Translations under genes and position numbers: made by a program
Shown here: positions 13,501 through 28,100 of the stretch, piece by piece
How positions within the stretch are numbered: position 1 is the stretch's first letter
Layout: every line of letters begins with the position of its first letter
Assembly (NCBI GenBank): GCA_965112735.1
Contig: OZ218951.1
Span: forward strand, 806,001-870,000
Origin: Phaeosaccion multiseriatum
Taxonomy: Eukaryota; Protista; Ochrophyta, other classes
Length of the DNA stretch: 64,000 nt
Direction of reading: 5' to 3'
Notes under the pieces: model-generated
What the model saw: the letters and a program-made list of their open reading frames with translations, nothing else
Database searches by the model: none
What the model was told of the DNA's origin: nothing

Positions 13501-16500
13501 TGTTCCAAAGGTCATGGCCGGGAGCTGAAGCTGGACCAGTACGCTCGCACTGAACGTGGTCCGACTTCGCGGCAGCACGTGGAAGGCTTGGTTGCCGTAG
13601 AAGCGCCACCCTCCTCCTCCTTCGCCGTCTGTGACTACGGCGAAGGAGGCGTCTGCCTGGTCCGTGAAGTGCCATTTGGTGCCATCCTCGGTAGCGGCAG
13701 TTACACCCCATGTCCTCTGCTCGCCCTCCGCAAGGAGGAAGACGAGGTCGGCATCCATGGTGGATATCTGCTCGCCGCTGCCATGGCTGTAGTACAGGGT
13801 AGTCGTGCCAGTATCAGTACCAGTTTCGTTGCTGCTACCACTCTCCTCACTGGCGCTCATGAGGAGAGAGGAGAGGCGCACGGTGAACGTCGTGTGGGTC
13901 GAGTTACACTCTCGGGGCGGAAACCAATGGGGGAGAGGGGAGGCCACGTCACTGTCCCAAAAGGCCACGTCACTGCAGTCCGGCTCCATTAGCCCAGCTA
14001 GGATAGGGGTGAGCGTGTCAAGAGCAACGTCCACTGCCCAGCCGTCCTCCCCCCCGGAGAACGACCCCCCGGGGTAGGAGTAGTGGAAGATGCGGTGCTC
14101 GGATCTTGTCGCCACCACTCCGGCGGCGGCGGTGTCGTCGTCTGTGAATATGTTGGAAGTGGAGCATGAGTTACGAACACACACCGCAGCGGCAGAGCAA
14201 AATAGAGAAGAGCAGGGGAGAGAGAGAGGGACCACCACACACCACCACTACCAGGCAGCCAGCTCACTCACGCACTCGCTCATACACTCACTCACATACT
14301 TGCTCACTCACCCACTCACTCACTCACTCACTCACTCACGCACTCACTCACGCACTCACTCACGCACTCACTCACACACTCACGCACTCACTCACTCACT
14401 TACACACTCATTCGCTCACCCACTCACTCACTCACGCACTCACTCACGCACTCACCCGCTGTCAGCACCCGCCCGTCGATGGCGCTGCCCCACTGACTGG
14501 AGTGATGGCCGATGGGCAGCAGCTCTCGGATATCTCCGCTGTTGAAGAGGAGGGTGGCGGGTTCGAGACCTGCCTGCAGAGGCTGCAGCTCCGGGTAGGG
14601 CCCGGCCGTGGGGAAGGACAGCTGGTGGTAGTAAAAGCTTTTGTTGTTGGGTTGGGGGGGGGGGGAGGGGAGGGGAGAACGGGAAGAGAGCAGCAAAGAG
14701 GCAAGAGGGGAGGGATGGGGTATTCATCGAGCAAGACTTTCGATTTGTCTTACAGTTACATACAGTTTCAGCAATCACCCAATCGACCATTCATATAGCA
14801 CTCACTCCAACCGAGGCAAGACAAAAGATTTGCCTTACAGTCACAGCACTCATTTCAATAATCAACCATTGGCTGCTGAGACTTACCTCGTATTGACCGG
14901 AAAGTTGGTTTCCGCAGTCGTGGTGGAGGCCCAGGGTAGAGACGTGGACCACAATCGCTCCGCTACATTGTCTGTGTCTACACTCACAGATACCGGCACA
15001 AAGCCAAAGCCATTTGTGACTCCAGCCAGCCCGGAGGCAGGGGTGACGCACATGGCGGTGTCGTACTCGCCATCTGTGAGGGACTGGCGTGAGTTCCACT
15101 CGGTGAGGGTGCAGTTGAGTGTTGCGTTTCCGAAACGCGCGAGGAATGTACCCGTGGGGAAGAAGTTGTAGCCCACCACTTGCACACTGGTAGATACGTA
15201 AGTACGTACGTACGTAGGTAGAGGCACACGGGGATGGGGGGGGGGGATACACGGAGGGGATGATGGGAAGACAAGGCAGCAACAATCGAGGCAGGGGCGT
15301 GAGTAAAGGATGAAAGAAGCAGGGAGGGAAAGACGGAAGGAATGAAGGAAGGACGGAAGGAAGGAAGGAAGCAAGGAAGCAAGCAAGGAAGGAAGGAAGG
15401 AAGGAAGGAAGGAAGGAAGGAAGGAAGGAAGGAAGGAAGGAAGGAAGGAAGGAAGCAAGGAAGGAAGGAAGGAAGAAAGCAAGGAAACAAGGAAGCAAGG
15501 AAGGAGCGAAAGATGTGTGCACACCACACATAGTACCTGGTGTTTCCGAGCACGGGTCCGAGCATGGGCTGCGTGACCAGCGTGTAGGGAGGGTCGAAGA
15601 AGGTGAAAGTGTTGTTCAGAGGGGTCCACGTTTGGTTGTTGAGCGACAGCTCCACCGCCTGTATCCACGTGCCCTCTTCCACTGCAGGAGTTGTGCACAC
15701 AATGGTGCTGTTGTCCACGACGGTTACAGAAACCTCTCTCCAGTCCCCGAGAGTGTCATTGGGGGCGAAACGCACCGCTGCGAAGCTCACGTTGCGGAAG
15801 TTGACCCCCGTTATGCTCACCTGTGGGGGGAAGGGGTGGGATGGCAGTGGATGGAAGGGGTGGCAATGGACGAGGACGTCGCTGGATGTGTTAGCACTCG
15901 CTTTCCTTTCAACTGTTCTTCTCTCTCTGACCGCTTCGCAAGAGGTGGGTTCCAAGCAAAGCCCCCACCCCACACCACCCCACCCCACACCACACATGGG
16001 TTTCTCCCCCTTGTGTCAACCTCCCCCCTCGCCTCCTCTCCCTCTCTCCCCAACGTCACACCAACACCTCTGGACCCCTCCTCTTGTATCTCCTTCACTC
16101 ACCTCAGTGGTGCCTCTGATGGGCCCGACATCAGGGCTGATGTCTCCTCCCCAATACACATCAAAGGGAAGGGCAGGGGTGGACTGATTCCCCACCTCCA
16201 GAGCAAACGCCGCAGCCCCTGTCTCCAGGGGGGGCATCTCGCAGACCACGATTTCGTGGTCGTGGCGGGTCACACGACAACTGCTGTATGACCAACCCCC
16301 ATCATCATCATCGTCATCATCGATGGTAGTGGCGAAGCGGATGCTGGCTTCAAAGTCGCTTGAGCCGAAGTTCGTTCCCACTGCTGTGACACGCGTACCT
16401 CCCTCGCTTGGACCAATGTCAGGAGAGATGAATGTGAGGTTCGGTGCCGTATAGTTCAGCGCCTGAAGGGAGGGCGAGACACTCGTCTGCCCACCTACGG

Positions 16501-18069
16501 TAGGGGAGAAGTGGTGATCCACCCCTACGCCATTTGGAGTAAAGCACTGCATCTCCGTGTCCGTGAGCGTTACATTACATTGCAACGCCTCAAACACACG
16601 GGAGAAAGGGTAGAGACCCTCCGCGTTGTTGAAAGCCACACTCACAGCATTGGGCCGGACCACTATTGTATCACCACCATTCTCCTCGAAGTCGAGGGCG
16701 AGGAAGGTGGCATTGGGGCCAAAGTACCGCCCGGTGAGAGCGATAACGTCCCCACCCCTCGTTCGCATAGTGGTGCTGTTGGCGACGTCCGAAACGCTTC
16801 GAAGAAGCACCAACTGCTCCACGACGGGCAGGAGGTAAGACGAGTTTACCACAGGGACAGGACCAGTGGCGTTTGTACCGGCCGTCTGCAGGGTGGCAGG
16901 TTGGTTGTACAGATCATCCACTGTGAGACTCTGCTGTCCCACCATCACTGTCCACACATGCCCGCCACCGACTCCGAAGGGGGTGGTGCAGGTCATCTCA
17001 GTGTGTGCCGATGTCACCTCACACCCCTCCAGAGAATACTCCTTGTCCATCAGTGTGCCTTGTTTAGGGAGAGAGAGAAGGGGGGGGAGGGAAGCAGGGA
17101 GGGAGGGAGGGAATGAATCTCAATTCCAATTTCACGTGCACAGCCCCGTCAATGCTCATTACGTAATTTCACGTGGCCTTATTACGTACCAGAGTCGCTC
17201 TCGCCATCTACCCCCGCCCCCGCCTTGGTTTGGAACCATGCGTAGACGAGGTTTTGGGTATCCAGGGGCCCAAAGTCGCTTCCCGTAATGGTGACGGTGT
17301 CGCCCCCCTTGGTGTCGAGAGCCGCTGCGTTGGCGCTGAGACTCGTCACCTTATTGTATCGCCATTTGTTGGGGGGGCAGGGGTGGAGGGAGGGATGAGC
17401 GGCGGGGGGGGGGAAGAGAGACAGAGAGAGAGACAGTGTATGTATGTATGAATGTATGTATGCATGAATGTACGTATGTATGAATGTATGTGTGTGTGAG
17501 AGAGAGGGGAGAGACAGAGACAGAGAGAGGCGGAGAGTCAGGCAGAGAGAGACAGAGAGAGAGAGGCGGAGAGTCAGGCAGAGAGAGGGACAGAGAGAGA
17601 GAGAGGCGGAGAGTCAGGCAGAGAGAGACAGAGAGAGAGAGGCGGAGAGTCAGGCAGAGAGAGGGACAGAGAGAGGGGCGGAGGGAGAGAGAGACAGAGA
17701 TAGAGAGAGATGGAGAGTCAGGCAGAGAGAGAACGAGAGAAAGAGACAAACCGTCAGCACGGCATGGCTTACCTTTGGAAAAGTGTATCTTGTCGTGGTG
17801 CTGCTCTGTGCGCTGCTCTGCCCTCCCACCTCCACCGTCCACGCCAGCTCGGAGCCCACCCCGGGGACACTCAGACACGTCATTATGCCCTTGTCCGCTT
17901 CAGCGTCAAGTACGAAGGTGACGTTACATGAGAGGGCGGTGAAGCGCTGGGCGGCAAGGCAGGATGTGCTGTTGTCGCTGCAGGGGCGGAGTGACACACT
18001 TTGGTAGCTCGCGTTGACCTGTTGAACGATGGATGGATTCGTTTGGGGTTTGGTGTTAATATGTATATG

Positions 18070-18118
<49 letters not shown>

Positions 18119-18772
18119 CGTATAATATAATATACATGTACATATTTATGGGGTACATATACATGGGGATGTTTTACGTTGCGTTGTGATGTGGTGGTGT
18201 TGGTTGTGGTGTGGTTTGTGGGTGGAGAGGTGGGGGGGTGGAGGGGTGGAGGGGTGGAGGGGTAGAGGGGGATGTTAGCATGGAAAGGTGGGGGCTTCAC
18301 GGAAGGGAGGGCGCGGGAAAGAAGGCGTTACAAAGGAGGCGTGGTCAGCGGAGAGGTTTGCGCCTGCTTTTCTCCGCCCAAAAAAGTATATGCCAGCCGC
18401 GCAAGGGATCAAATAGTGGCACCACCCTCCCCTCCTCCCCCCCCCACCACCACCACCATCTACACACACCGTGTTTGTTGGGTCAACGGGGCCCAACCCT
18501 GTGGCCGTAATGTTGACATAATCGCCCCCTTGGGTCGACATTCCCGCGTAAAAGTCAGTGTCGGCCCAGTTCGTGCGTAGGAGCTGCGAGAAGGAAGTCA
18601 CAGATGGCGCGGCGTAGCTTGTCGTGTTGGTGGACCAGTTGGTGCTCTGCTCCCAGCCCACCTGGACCCGCCATTTGTGACCTCGCCCTGTGAGTGCAGA
18701 AACAAAGAATTTAGCAATTCAAGTGGCGCACGCACGCACGCAGAACGCGATCAATTACGAGGGAAAGGCGGT

Positions 18773-18813
<41 letters not shown>

Positions 18814-18930
18814 TGTGCGTGTGTGTGTGCGTGTGTGCGTGTACGTATGTGTGTATGTGTGTGTATGCTGCCACGTATGCTCACGGGAAGCTGAAGGGCG
18901 CAGAGAGAGGGAGAGGGAAAGAGATAAGAG

Positions 18931-18965
<35 letters not shown>

Positions 18966-19002
18966 GACAGACCGACAGACACACACCGAGACACACAGAC
19001 AC

Positions 19003-19093
<91 letters not shown>

Positions 19094-19094
19094 C

Positions 19095-19173
<79 letters not shown>

Positions 19174-22100
19174 CACACCGAGACACACAGACACACAGAC
19201 ACACAGACAGACGGAGAGCCTTACAAGCTCTGGGCGTAACTTACCGACTCCCTGCGGCGCTCGACACATCATGGAGGAGTGACTCAGCACCGAACACGCC
19301 GCACTCTCCACCGACAGCACAGCAGACGCCAGAGTGGCACCATTGCTATCGCTCGCGTCAGGGGCCCATAGAGACGCTGACACCAGGTTGGAGGCTCCCG
19401 GGGGGCCGAAGTTGTCTCCAGAGATGGTGACGTTCTCGCGGCTTAGGCTCCTGAGCGATTGGTACTCGCCATCGAAGGGCCACTCGTCATGTATGGTGGG
19501 TGCGGTGTAGTTGAGGCCGGTCGGGGAGAAGTCTGTGAGCTGGCTGCCGACAGACACTCGCACTCGATGACCCCTTCCCACTCCTTCCGTGGTGTTGCAG
19601 CGAATGAGAGTCTGGTTGAGCACTTCACACTCCGCGGTACTCCTCACTTGTGCCAGCAGCCCCAGGCTCTCTGCCGTTTCATCCTCGTCCCCGTTGATGG
19701 CACTATAACTTCTGCCCTCCGAAGGGAAGGCGTTGAGCTGAGCCACTACTTCGTTGCGAGGGTCGGCAGGCCCAAAGAGGTCACCAATCAGGTAAACAGC
19801 CTCTCCTCCCCTGGTGCTGTATCCGGAATCTCCGGCGGCAGCTGAGCCGCCTAAGACGTCTGAAACGGCTGAAACAGATAGATCGGTCATGGTTGGCGAC
19901 GCGTAGCTCGTGGTGGAGCCGGCGGACTCGAAGCTGCTCAGCGAGGAGCTTTGGAGCCCGATTTCTACACTCCACGTGTGATTCACACCTGCCAGAGCAT
20001 TAGGTATGTGTGTAAGATTGTACGTGTTAGACGGGATTCACTCACTCACTCACTCACTCACTCGCTCATTTACTCACTTACTCAATCACTCACTCCATCA
20101 CTCAATCACTCAATCACTCACTCACTCATTCACTCAATCACTCCATCACTCACCCTCTCTCCCCTCAATCACTCACTCACTCACTTCCTTACTTCCTCAT
20201 TCACCCTCTTACTCGTCATCCACTCCCTCTCTCCCCTCCCTTCACTCACCCACTCCAGGCGGCGTCTGGCACTTCATCTGCGTATCATCCACCGTGACGC
20301 TGCAATTGACAGCGGCAAAGACAGACCGAGCCAGGCTGCCCTCCCCGGGGGGGAAGAGAGCGTCCTCCATTTTGCCCCCCTGGGTTTGGTTGCCCACATA
20401 GACGAAGGAGGCATTGGCAATGTTATCCGCCTGGGCAGGACCGAAGTACAGACCCTCGATCACCACCGTCTGGAGGAGGGGGCGGTGGGAGGGAGGGAGG
20501 GAGGGAGGGAGGAAGGAAGGGAGGAAGCGAGGAAGAGAGGGAGGAAGAGAGGGAGGGAGTGGTTAGAGGAGATGTTTGAGATGCAGTGAGTACGTCCGCC
20601 CAGCGCAGGCATATGGTTTTTCGCACACACACACGCACCTCCCCTCCGTATGTGCTGAGTCTGGAATCCGTCCCCTCCTGGGCGCTCGGCGACAGAGAGG
20701 TGATGAGCGGACTGCTATAACTCGCATTCGAGGCCGAGGAGGGGGTGGAGGAGGAGAGGGAAGGAGTGAGGCTTGGGCCCCATTGATGCCCAACTTGGAC
20801 AGCGAAGAAGAGCTCTCCACCGACACCCACGCCGGTGAGACACTGCATCTCCGTGTGGGCGACGGTTACGTTGCAGGCACTGGCGTTGAAGGTCTCCCCT
20901 GCGAAGCCTCTCCTCTCCTCCAGACTGCGGTACAAAGCGGAAGCCTATTGTGCCGCATTGTCCGCATCGTCACAGATGGCAGCATATGGCATGAGAGCAG
21001 TCCAGCAAGGGGGATGAGGGGTTAGTGTTCAAGCTCGATTTCAATTTCAGTTTCCGAGTTATGCCACGAACGCACGCACGCACTCCCCATCCCCCCCACT
21101 AGCACGAGAATTTTGTACCACTGACCTCTATACCCATACACCTCTATACCCATACACCTCTATGCCCATATACCCATGTACCTTGTTGGCGCTGTTGATG
21201 GGGCCAAAGTTTGTCCCTGAGAGAACGATGACTTCCCCTCCAGCCGTGTCCAGGGACTGAGGAGGGAGGGAGGGAGGGAGATGAGGATGGATGGCAGTCC
21301 ACAGGCAGTCAAAGGGTAAGCTAGCAGCCAAGTATGCAAGCGAGCATATAAGCAATGACATAAGTCAGCAAGTAAACATGTACTCAATTGCCCAAGTCAG
21401 CATAGCAAGGCAACGGAAGGTACCAAACGTACCCCCAGAGTCACGCCGGCGGCTGCCCTGACAGCTGTAACATTGGGCCGTGCATAGGCAGTGGAATGGT
21501 TCGAGACAGCGCCCTGTTGACCACCAATCGTGGCCACCCACACATGGTCAAAGCCGACGCCCTCTGGAGTGGTGCACGCCAGGCGGGTATGGCCTTGGAC
21601 GGTGCAGTTTGCGCTGCGTGGCAGCGTGCGTGCGTGTGTGTGTGTGTGGGGGGGGGAGGGGGGGAAGGATGGCATTCAAAGGCGGGGGTGGGATGTGACG
21701 GCTCCACAGGGAAGTCTTCGTGGCCCCCTGGGGGTCCCCCGGGGGGTTGGGGGGTTGGGGCCTTGTTCTTCATACGAAGCCCAGACACTAGAGGCCCCGG
21801 CGCTTGCCGTTTTGTGTTTGCTGCCTCCACATATGCCTCTAGTCTCCCCTCCTCCCCCCCCTCCTCCCCCCCCTCCCTCCCTCCCTCCCTCCCTCCCTCC
21901 CTTACTTCCACTCCTCCTCTCCACCTCCCTCCCTCCCTCCCTCCCTCATACATTCACTCACGTGTATTGCTCGCCGGCGAAGTGACTCAGAGCATCGTTG
22001 GCAAAGGTCATGACCACCCCATTCTCGTCATCCACAGGCCCGAAGTTCGTCCCCTCTACCTCCAGCGTCTCGTTACCTCGTGTAGAGAGACCCGTCACAC

Positions 22101-25100
22101 TCCCACTCGTACTCCCACTGCCGCTGCTACTCCTGCTGGTCGCAAGGAAGCTGAATCCTGTGATGCTACTCGGAGCGTAGGAGGTGTTGCCCAGACTCGG
22201 CTCCTCGCTCCCCTGCCCTCCCACCTCCACGTCCCAGCGATGCCCCACCCCTACGCCTGGCGACGATCGGCAGAGCATGAGTGTGTGACTCACCAACACG
22301 TCACAGTCGAGGCCCGGGAGCCTCCGTCTCGCCAGCCCCATTGGATCTGCTGGGGCTGCTGTTGGAGCTGCCGTTGGAGCAGCTCCAGTTGGAGCTACTG
22401 TTGGAGCTGCCGTTGGAGCTGCTGTTGGCGCTGCCGTTGGAGCTGCCGTTGGAGCCGCTGTACTAGTGCCCGCTGTATAACCAACTGTCGAGGCGGCCGT
22501 GCTTTGATAGGTTGCCGTTACATCGTTGGATAACCAACTTGGGAAGCGTGCTCTGGCGTCGCCGCCAGTCACCAATAGGCTACTACTATTGTTTGTGCCG
22601 AGGCCAGGGCTTGAAACGGCCAAGCCGGCGGCGAGCAGACCGGTGACGTTGTGATACACCGTGATGCTACGGTTGGTGACTGTTGAAGGACCAAAGTCAC
22701 TGCCGGAGAGGAGGATGAAGTCACCACCACTCGTGTTGAGCATCTGGTTGGAGCCAACTGTGACACCGTCCACAGAGGTAACTGTGGGGGCGCTGTACGA
22801 GGAGGTGACGGAGGAGGGGTTTCCTTCTTGTTCTCCGACTGTTAGTTTCCACTGCGAGGATTAGGCGGGGGGAGGAAGGGAGGGAGGGAGAAGGGAGGAC
22901 AGGGGAGGAGGGGGGAGGGAGGGAGAGAGGGAGGAGGAGGAGGGAGGGAGAAGGGAGGACAGAGGAGGAGGGGGGAGGGAGGGAGGGAGGGAGGGAGGAG
23001 GAGGAGGGAGAGGGGGTGATAAATATGCCAGTGGGGGTGGGGGGGTGGGGGTGGGGAGTCCTCTACTGCGAGAGGTGGTCCGGGTCAGGAGGGAGGGAGG
23101 GAGGGAGGGAGGGATGGAGGGAGGGAGGGAGGGAGGGAGGGAGGGAAGGAGGGAAGGAGGGAGGGATGATGTTGGTCCGAACCTGCTGGTGCGAGCCGAT
23201 ACCCTCCGGTGTTAAGCACGTCATGGCGGTGTGTGCATCTGTGATGGAGCAGTTGGTGGCGTTGAACACCCAACCCGCTAAGGAGGGCAGTGAGGCATTG
23301 GACAGAGAGGCGGAGACGGCATTGGAGGAGGTGAGGGGGCCCAAGTAGTCGCCTTGGATCACCATCACGTCGCCACCTGTGAATCAGTGCGATAAGAGTG
23401 GGCGGATGGCAGTGGATGCGAGAGGGAGAGACATAGAGCGAATGGATGTCAGTGAGGGAGAAGGGATGGCGATACATGGAGGGAGAGAGGGGCGGGGGGG
23501 GTGGTTGAGAAGTGGGGTAGTGGGTGGGTAGGTGGGTGGGTGTGGAGTTTGGTGGCCCTCTTGGTGCGTCGTCCAACTATATACTAGACGCATGCGGGAT
23601 GTGGGGGACGATGGTTTGCCGCAATCCCCTCCCTCCATGTGCTGGCCAACTCCTCTTCCCATCTACGGCCATCCTCTCCCTCCATGCACTGCCATCCTTC
23701 CCTTCATCTACTGCCATCCCTCTGAGAAAGCCCCTCACCTGTGGTTGAGAGGCCTGTCTCCATAGAGAGGCTGGAGACCCGGGGGGGGGTGTAGGAGGAG
23801 GTGACCTTATGGGGAGGAAAGGTAATGATAGGGGCAGCCATAGGATGATGACACGACAAGAGAGAGAGAGGGGAGGGGGGGGGGAGACAGAGAGAGAGGG
23901 AGAGAGCGAGAGAGCGAGAGGGAGAGGGAGAGGGAGAGGGAGAGGCAGAGGGAGAGAGAGGGAGAGGGGGGGAGAGAGAGAGAGAGAAAGAGGGAGAACG
24001 AGAGAGGGGGGGAGAGCGCGTGAGGGAGAGGGAGAGAGAGTGTGGGAGAGAGGAGGATGAATGGCGGACAGACAAATCACACTTAGTGTTAGAGTATAGG
24101 ATGGGATGAAGAAAACATAACATTATATATAGGCTGCAAACAAGTATTACGTATTTAACCAATGCCTTGGAAACGGAGAGAGAGCCCCTGCGAGGCATTG
24201 AGCTGAAACTGAAACCGAAAACGATGATACTCCAGCCCCCCCTCCCCTCCCCTCCCCTCCCCTCCTTACTCCCTCACCTCACTGCTTGTACTGAGCTGCC
24301 CCCCCACGTGCACCGCCCAAGCGAAACCGTGCCCCACCCCCTCTGCGCTGAAGCATTGGACCTCAATGTGATCCACCGTCACGTTACAGCTCGTGGCTGA
24401 GGAAGAGAGGGAGGGAGGGAGGGAGGGAGGGAGGGAGGGAGGGAGGGAGGGAGGGAGGGAGGGAGGGAGGGAGGGAGGGAGGGAGGGAGGGAGGGAGGGA
24501 GGGAGGGGAGGGAGGGGAGGGAGGGAAGGAGGAGAGGGAAGGAGGGAGTTACCAAGTGGGTTGTCAGTAAGTAGGCGAGTCAGTGAGTGAGTTAGTGAGT
24601 GAGTGAGTGAGTGAGTGAGTGAGTGAGTGAGTGACTCGTTGACTTACCATTGAAGCTGCTGCCCGCCAGCCCACCCAGAGCGGGGTTGGAGTACGTGGCG
24701 TAGACTAGGTTTCCGCCCCCATATTCGTCCCCAGATGATGATGATGATGATGAAGACGAGAGGGAGGATAGGGGTCCGAAGTCCGACCCGGTGAGAGTGA
24801 TTACCTCCCCACCGCGTGTGTCCATGAAGCCGTAGTCGGATGTGGCGTTGAATGTGTAGACTCCGTTAATGGAGAGAATGGAGGGTTGTGCGTAGGAGGA
24901 GAAGTTGGCGCCCGCTACAATGTCACTCTGCTGCCCGCCAATCTCCACAGCCCAGTAGTGCTTGACTCCTGTTCAATGTGAATGGAATGTTTCAACGTAA
25001 TGTTTAACGTACTGTTTAATGTTCAATGCACTGTTCATGCCATGTTGAAACACTGTTTATGATGTGACACTGGCCCATTGGTGCTTGACTCCTGTTCAAT

Positions 25101-28100
25101 GTCAATTCAATGCAAGGTAAGGGCTATTCCAGTGTAATACAGGTTATGCGGTGTTTATGTAATGTAACGCAGAGCAAAGTCATGTATGCGATACATGTGT
25201 ATGCAAGAACATTCCGTACCTACTCCCACGTTGGTGATACACGTGAGCTCCGTATGCGCTTCTGTGACGTTACAACCCACCGCCCGGAAGGTGGATGTGG
25301 ACAGTCCCGCCAAGCCATCTGTGACCAGGGCGCCGTATTCCGCATACGCCAAGTTGGAGCTCGACACGGGCCCAAAAAAGTCCCCGTAGATGGTGATGAC
25401 GTCACCGCCTCTCGTAGACAAAGAGGTGACCTGTTGGTGATACAGCAGGGGGTGGGTGGGTGGGTGGGTGCAGTGCGTTGAGTGGGTGGGTCAGAGGGGT
25501 ACAGAGGGGCGTGGCAGGCTGGCTGGTTGACACCAAGTACTGGCTGGCTGGCTGACTGGCTGACCTACTGACTAAGTGAATAACTGACTTGTGACTGACT
25601 GACTGACTGACTGACTGACTGAGTGACTGATTGACTGACTGATTGACTGACTGACTGACTGATTGACTGATTGACTGACTGACTGACTGACACTCACGCA
25701 CTCACCACCTGCTCTCCGAAGCCGAACATCTGTGGCTGCTGATAACTCGTCCGCACGACTGTTTCCGAGTTGTTGAGGCTACTTTGGTTACCCACCACTA
25801 CATACCACGCTTGCCAGCTGTGAATGTGGGGATGGAGGGAGGGAGGGAAGGAAGAAGGGAGGACGTTAGCCCACTCAGTCAGTTATTCAGGAAAGCAATT
25901 AATCAATCAATCACTGTATGCCTCCGTAACACTCCATGATATTCCGTGCCTCCTTGTGAGATGCGTGATACCGTGATAACGAGGCCATGTGAGGCCCTGA
26001 CTGTCTCCCTCACTCTCCCACTCTCTCACTCTCTCACCTGCCCACCCCTTCCGCCGTGACACACTCCATGACGTCGGGCAAGAGCACTATGCACGCTGCT
26101 TCAAAGACCGTTCCTGCCAGACCCACATCCTCCTCGTCCATACTCGAGTTGGTGTAGAAGGCTGTCACCACGTTATCAAGCGTGGGTGGGCCGAAGTAGC
26201 GACCCCCGAGAAGGACAGTCTCTCCTCCTCGCGTGTCGAGAGAGTCGTACGACACACCACTAGTTGGTGATACAGTGGCGACGTTTGTAATGTTGAGGGT
26301 CAGGAGCTCGGGGGCCAGATAGCTAGACACAGCAGCAGAGGCGCCCGAGGAGGACGAGAAGGGTCCCTCCTGACCGGCCATTGCTACTCTCCACGTATGC
26401 CCCTCGCCCACGCCTTCGCTGGAGCTGTTGCACATCAACGAGGTATGGTTGGTGACGACTTCGCAATCCAACGCGAGAAGGAGATTCCCCGCTAGAGTGG
26501 CTGCATCGTAACCGAAATTGCGATACGTGACATTGGCGACGACGTTGTCGGAGGAGGCAATGCCGAAGTTGAGTCCGGATAGTAGCACCGCCTCGCCGCC
26601 CCCCGGATCCAGCCTCCCCGACGGGGTCAGGACCGTTACGGATGTAACCGTGGGGCTGTTGTAGACGAGCGTCGCGTTCACGTTCTTCACAGTTGGCGTG
26701 GAGGAGGAGGAGATGGGGGAGGTTTGGTCTCCGGCGGTGACTTGGACTTCAAGACCCGTGCCAATTCCCTCTGCGGAGAGGCAGTGTATGAGGTAATGGG
26801 GCTCAATGAAGACGCAGGAGGACGCGGTGAAGAGTCGAGCCGCATAGCCGGAGAGGGCGGCGTTTTGGTAGGCGGCTCCTACTTGAGTGGAGGGAAGGTC
26901 AGGTCCAAAGTTTGTCCCACGGATGTAGATCCACTGGGGGGGGAACAGGGGGCGGGGGAGGGAGGGAGGGAGGGAAGGGGAGGGGAGGAGAGCGGAGGAG
27001 AGCGGAGAGGAGCGACGAGCAGGGGAGAGGGGGGAGGGGGGGAGGGGGGGAGGAAGAGAGAGAGGGGACGGAGGGCAACAGCGGCAGCAAGGGGAAGGGG
27101 TGCAAGCTCTCACAGCGTGAGAAGGAATGAAGCCTCAACCCGCATTTAGCCACCCCACCTCCGCCCCTCCACCCCCGTCCTCTCTCTCACATTTCCTCCC
27201 CTCCCCTCCGCACCCTCCTGTCTCTCACCTCCCCTCCGGTGGTGTTGAGTCGCTCTCCATTGAGCGTGCCTGCCTCAAGCACCTCGGGTGGGCCGAAGCT
27301 TGTGTACACGTCATCCTCATCTGTAAGTAAGTCAGTGAGTGAGTGCGTGAGTGTGTGAGTGAGTGATTGGGTGAGGGATTGGGTGAGTGAGTAAGTGAGT
27401 GAGTGAGTGAGTGGGTGTGTGATTGAGTGATTGAGTGAGTTGGTGAGTGAGTGAGTGAGTGAGTGAGCGAGTGAGCGAGTGAGTGATTGAGTGAGTGGGT
27501 GAGGGAGTGAGTCAATAAGGGAGTGAGCGAATGAGTGAGTGAGTGAGTGAGTGAGCGAATGAGTGAGTGAGTGAGCGAATGAGTGAGTGATTGAGTGAGT
27601 GAGTGAGCGAATGAGTGAGGGAGTGAGTGAGTAAGGGGGTGGGTGAGTGAATGTGTGAGGGAGTGAGTGAGTGAGGAGGTGTGTGGGTGGGTGAGCGAGT
27701 GAGTGTGCTCACAAGAAGAGCGTACCGAATAGACAGTAGCAAGAGAGAGAGACAGTGAGAGAAAGGCAGCGAGAGAGAAACACGAGACAGAAAAAGAGAG
27801 AAAGGACTATAGTGACGCCCCATCAACCACCTTACCCGGCGTCCGCTGCTGCTGTCCCACCGTTACATTCCAATAGTGCCCCCCTCCCACCCCCTCCGGC
27901 GTGGCACACCGAATCTGCTCGTGATCAAACCCCTCCACCACCTCACAGTCCATCGCCGAATAACGCCGAGTGTACCCCGAGGGTCCAAAGGAAGCATACA
28001 CAAGGTTGTTGCTCACGGCGGGTCCAAAGTCCTGCCCATACAGCACTATGGAGTCTCCACTCGTGTCCAGTGCCTCGTAAGGGGCGAGGCCGTCCGTGTG

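Noticed and set aside
18677-19430. RQTD/LSVC, THSL, GGRE and PPSL repeat ORFs here and throughout the window
   Set aside because: Read-through of intronic tetranucleotide microsatellites.
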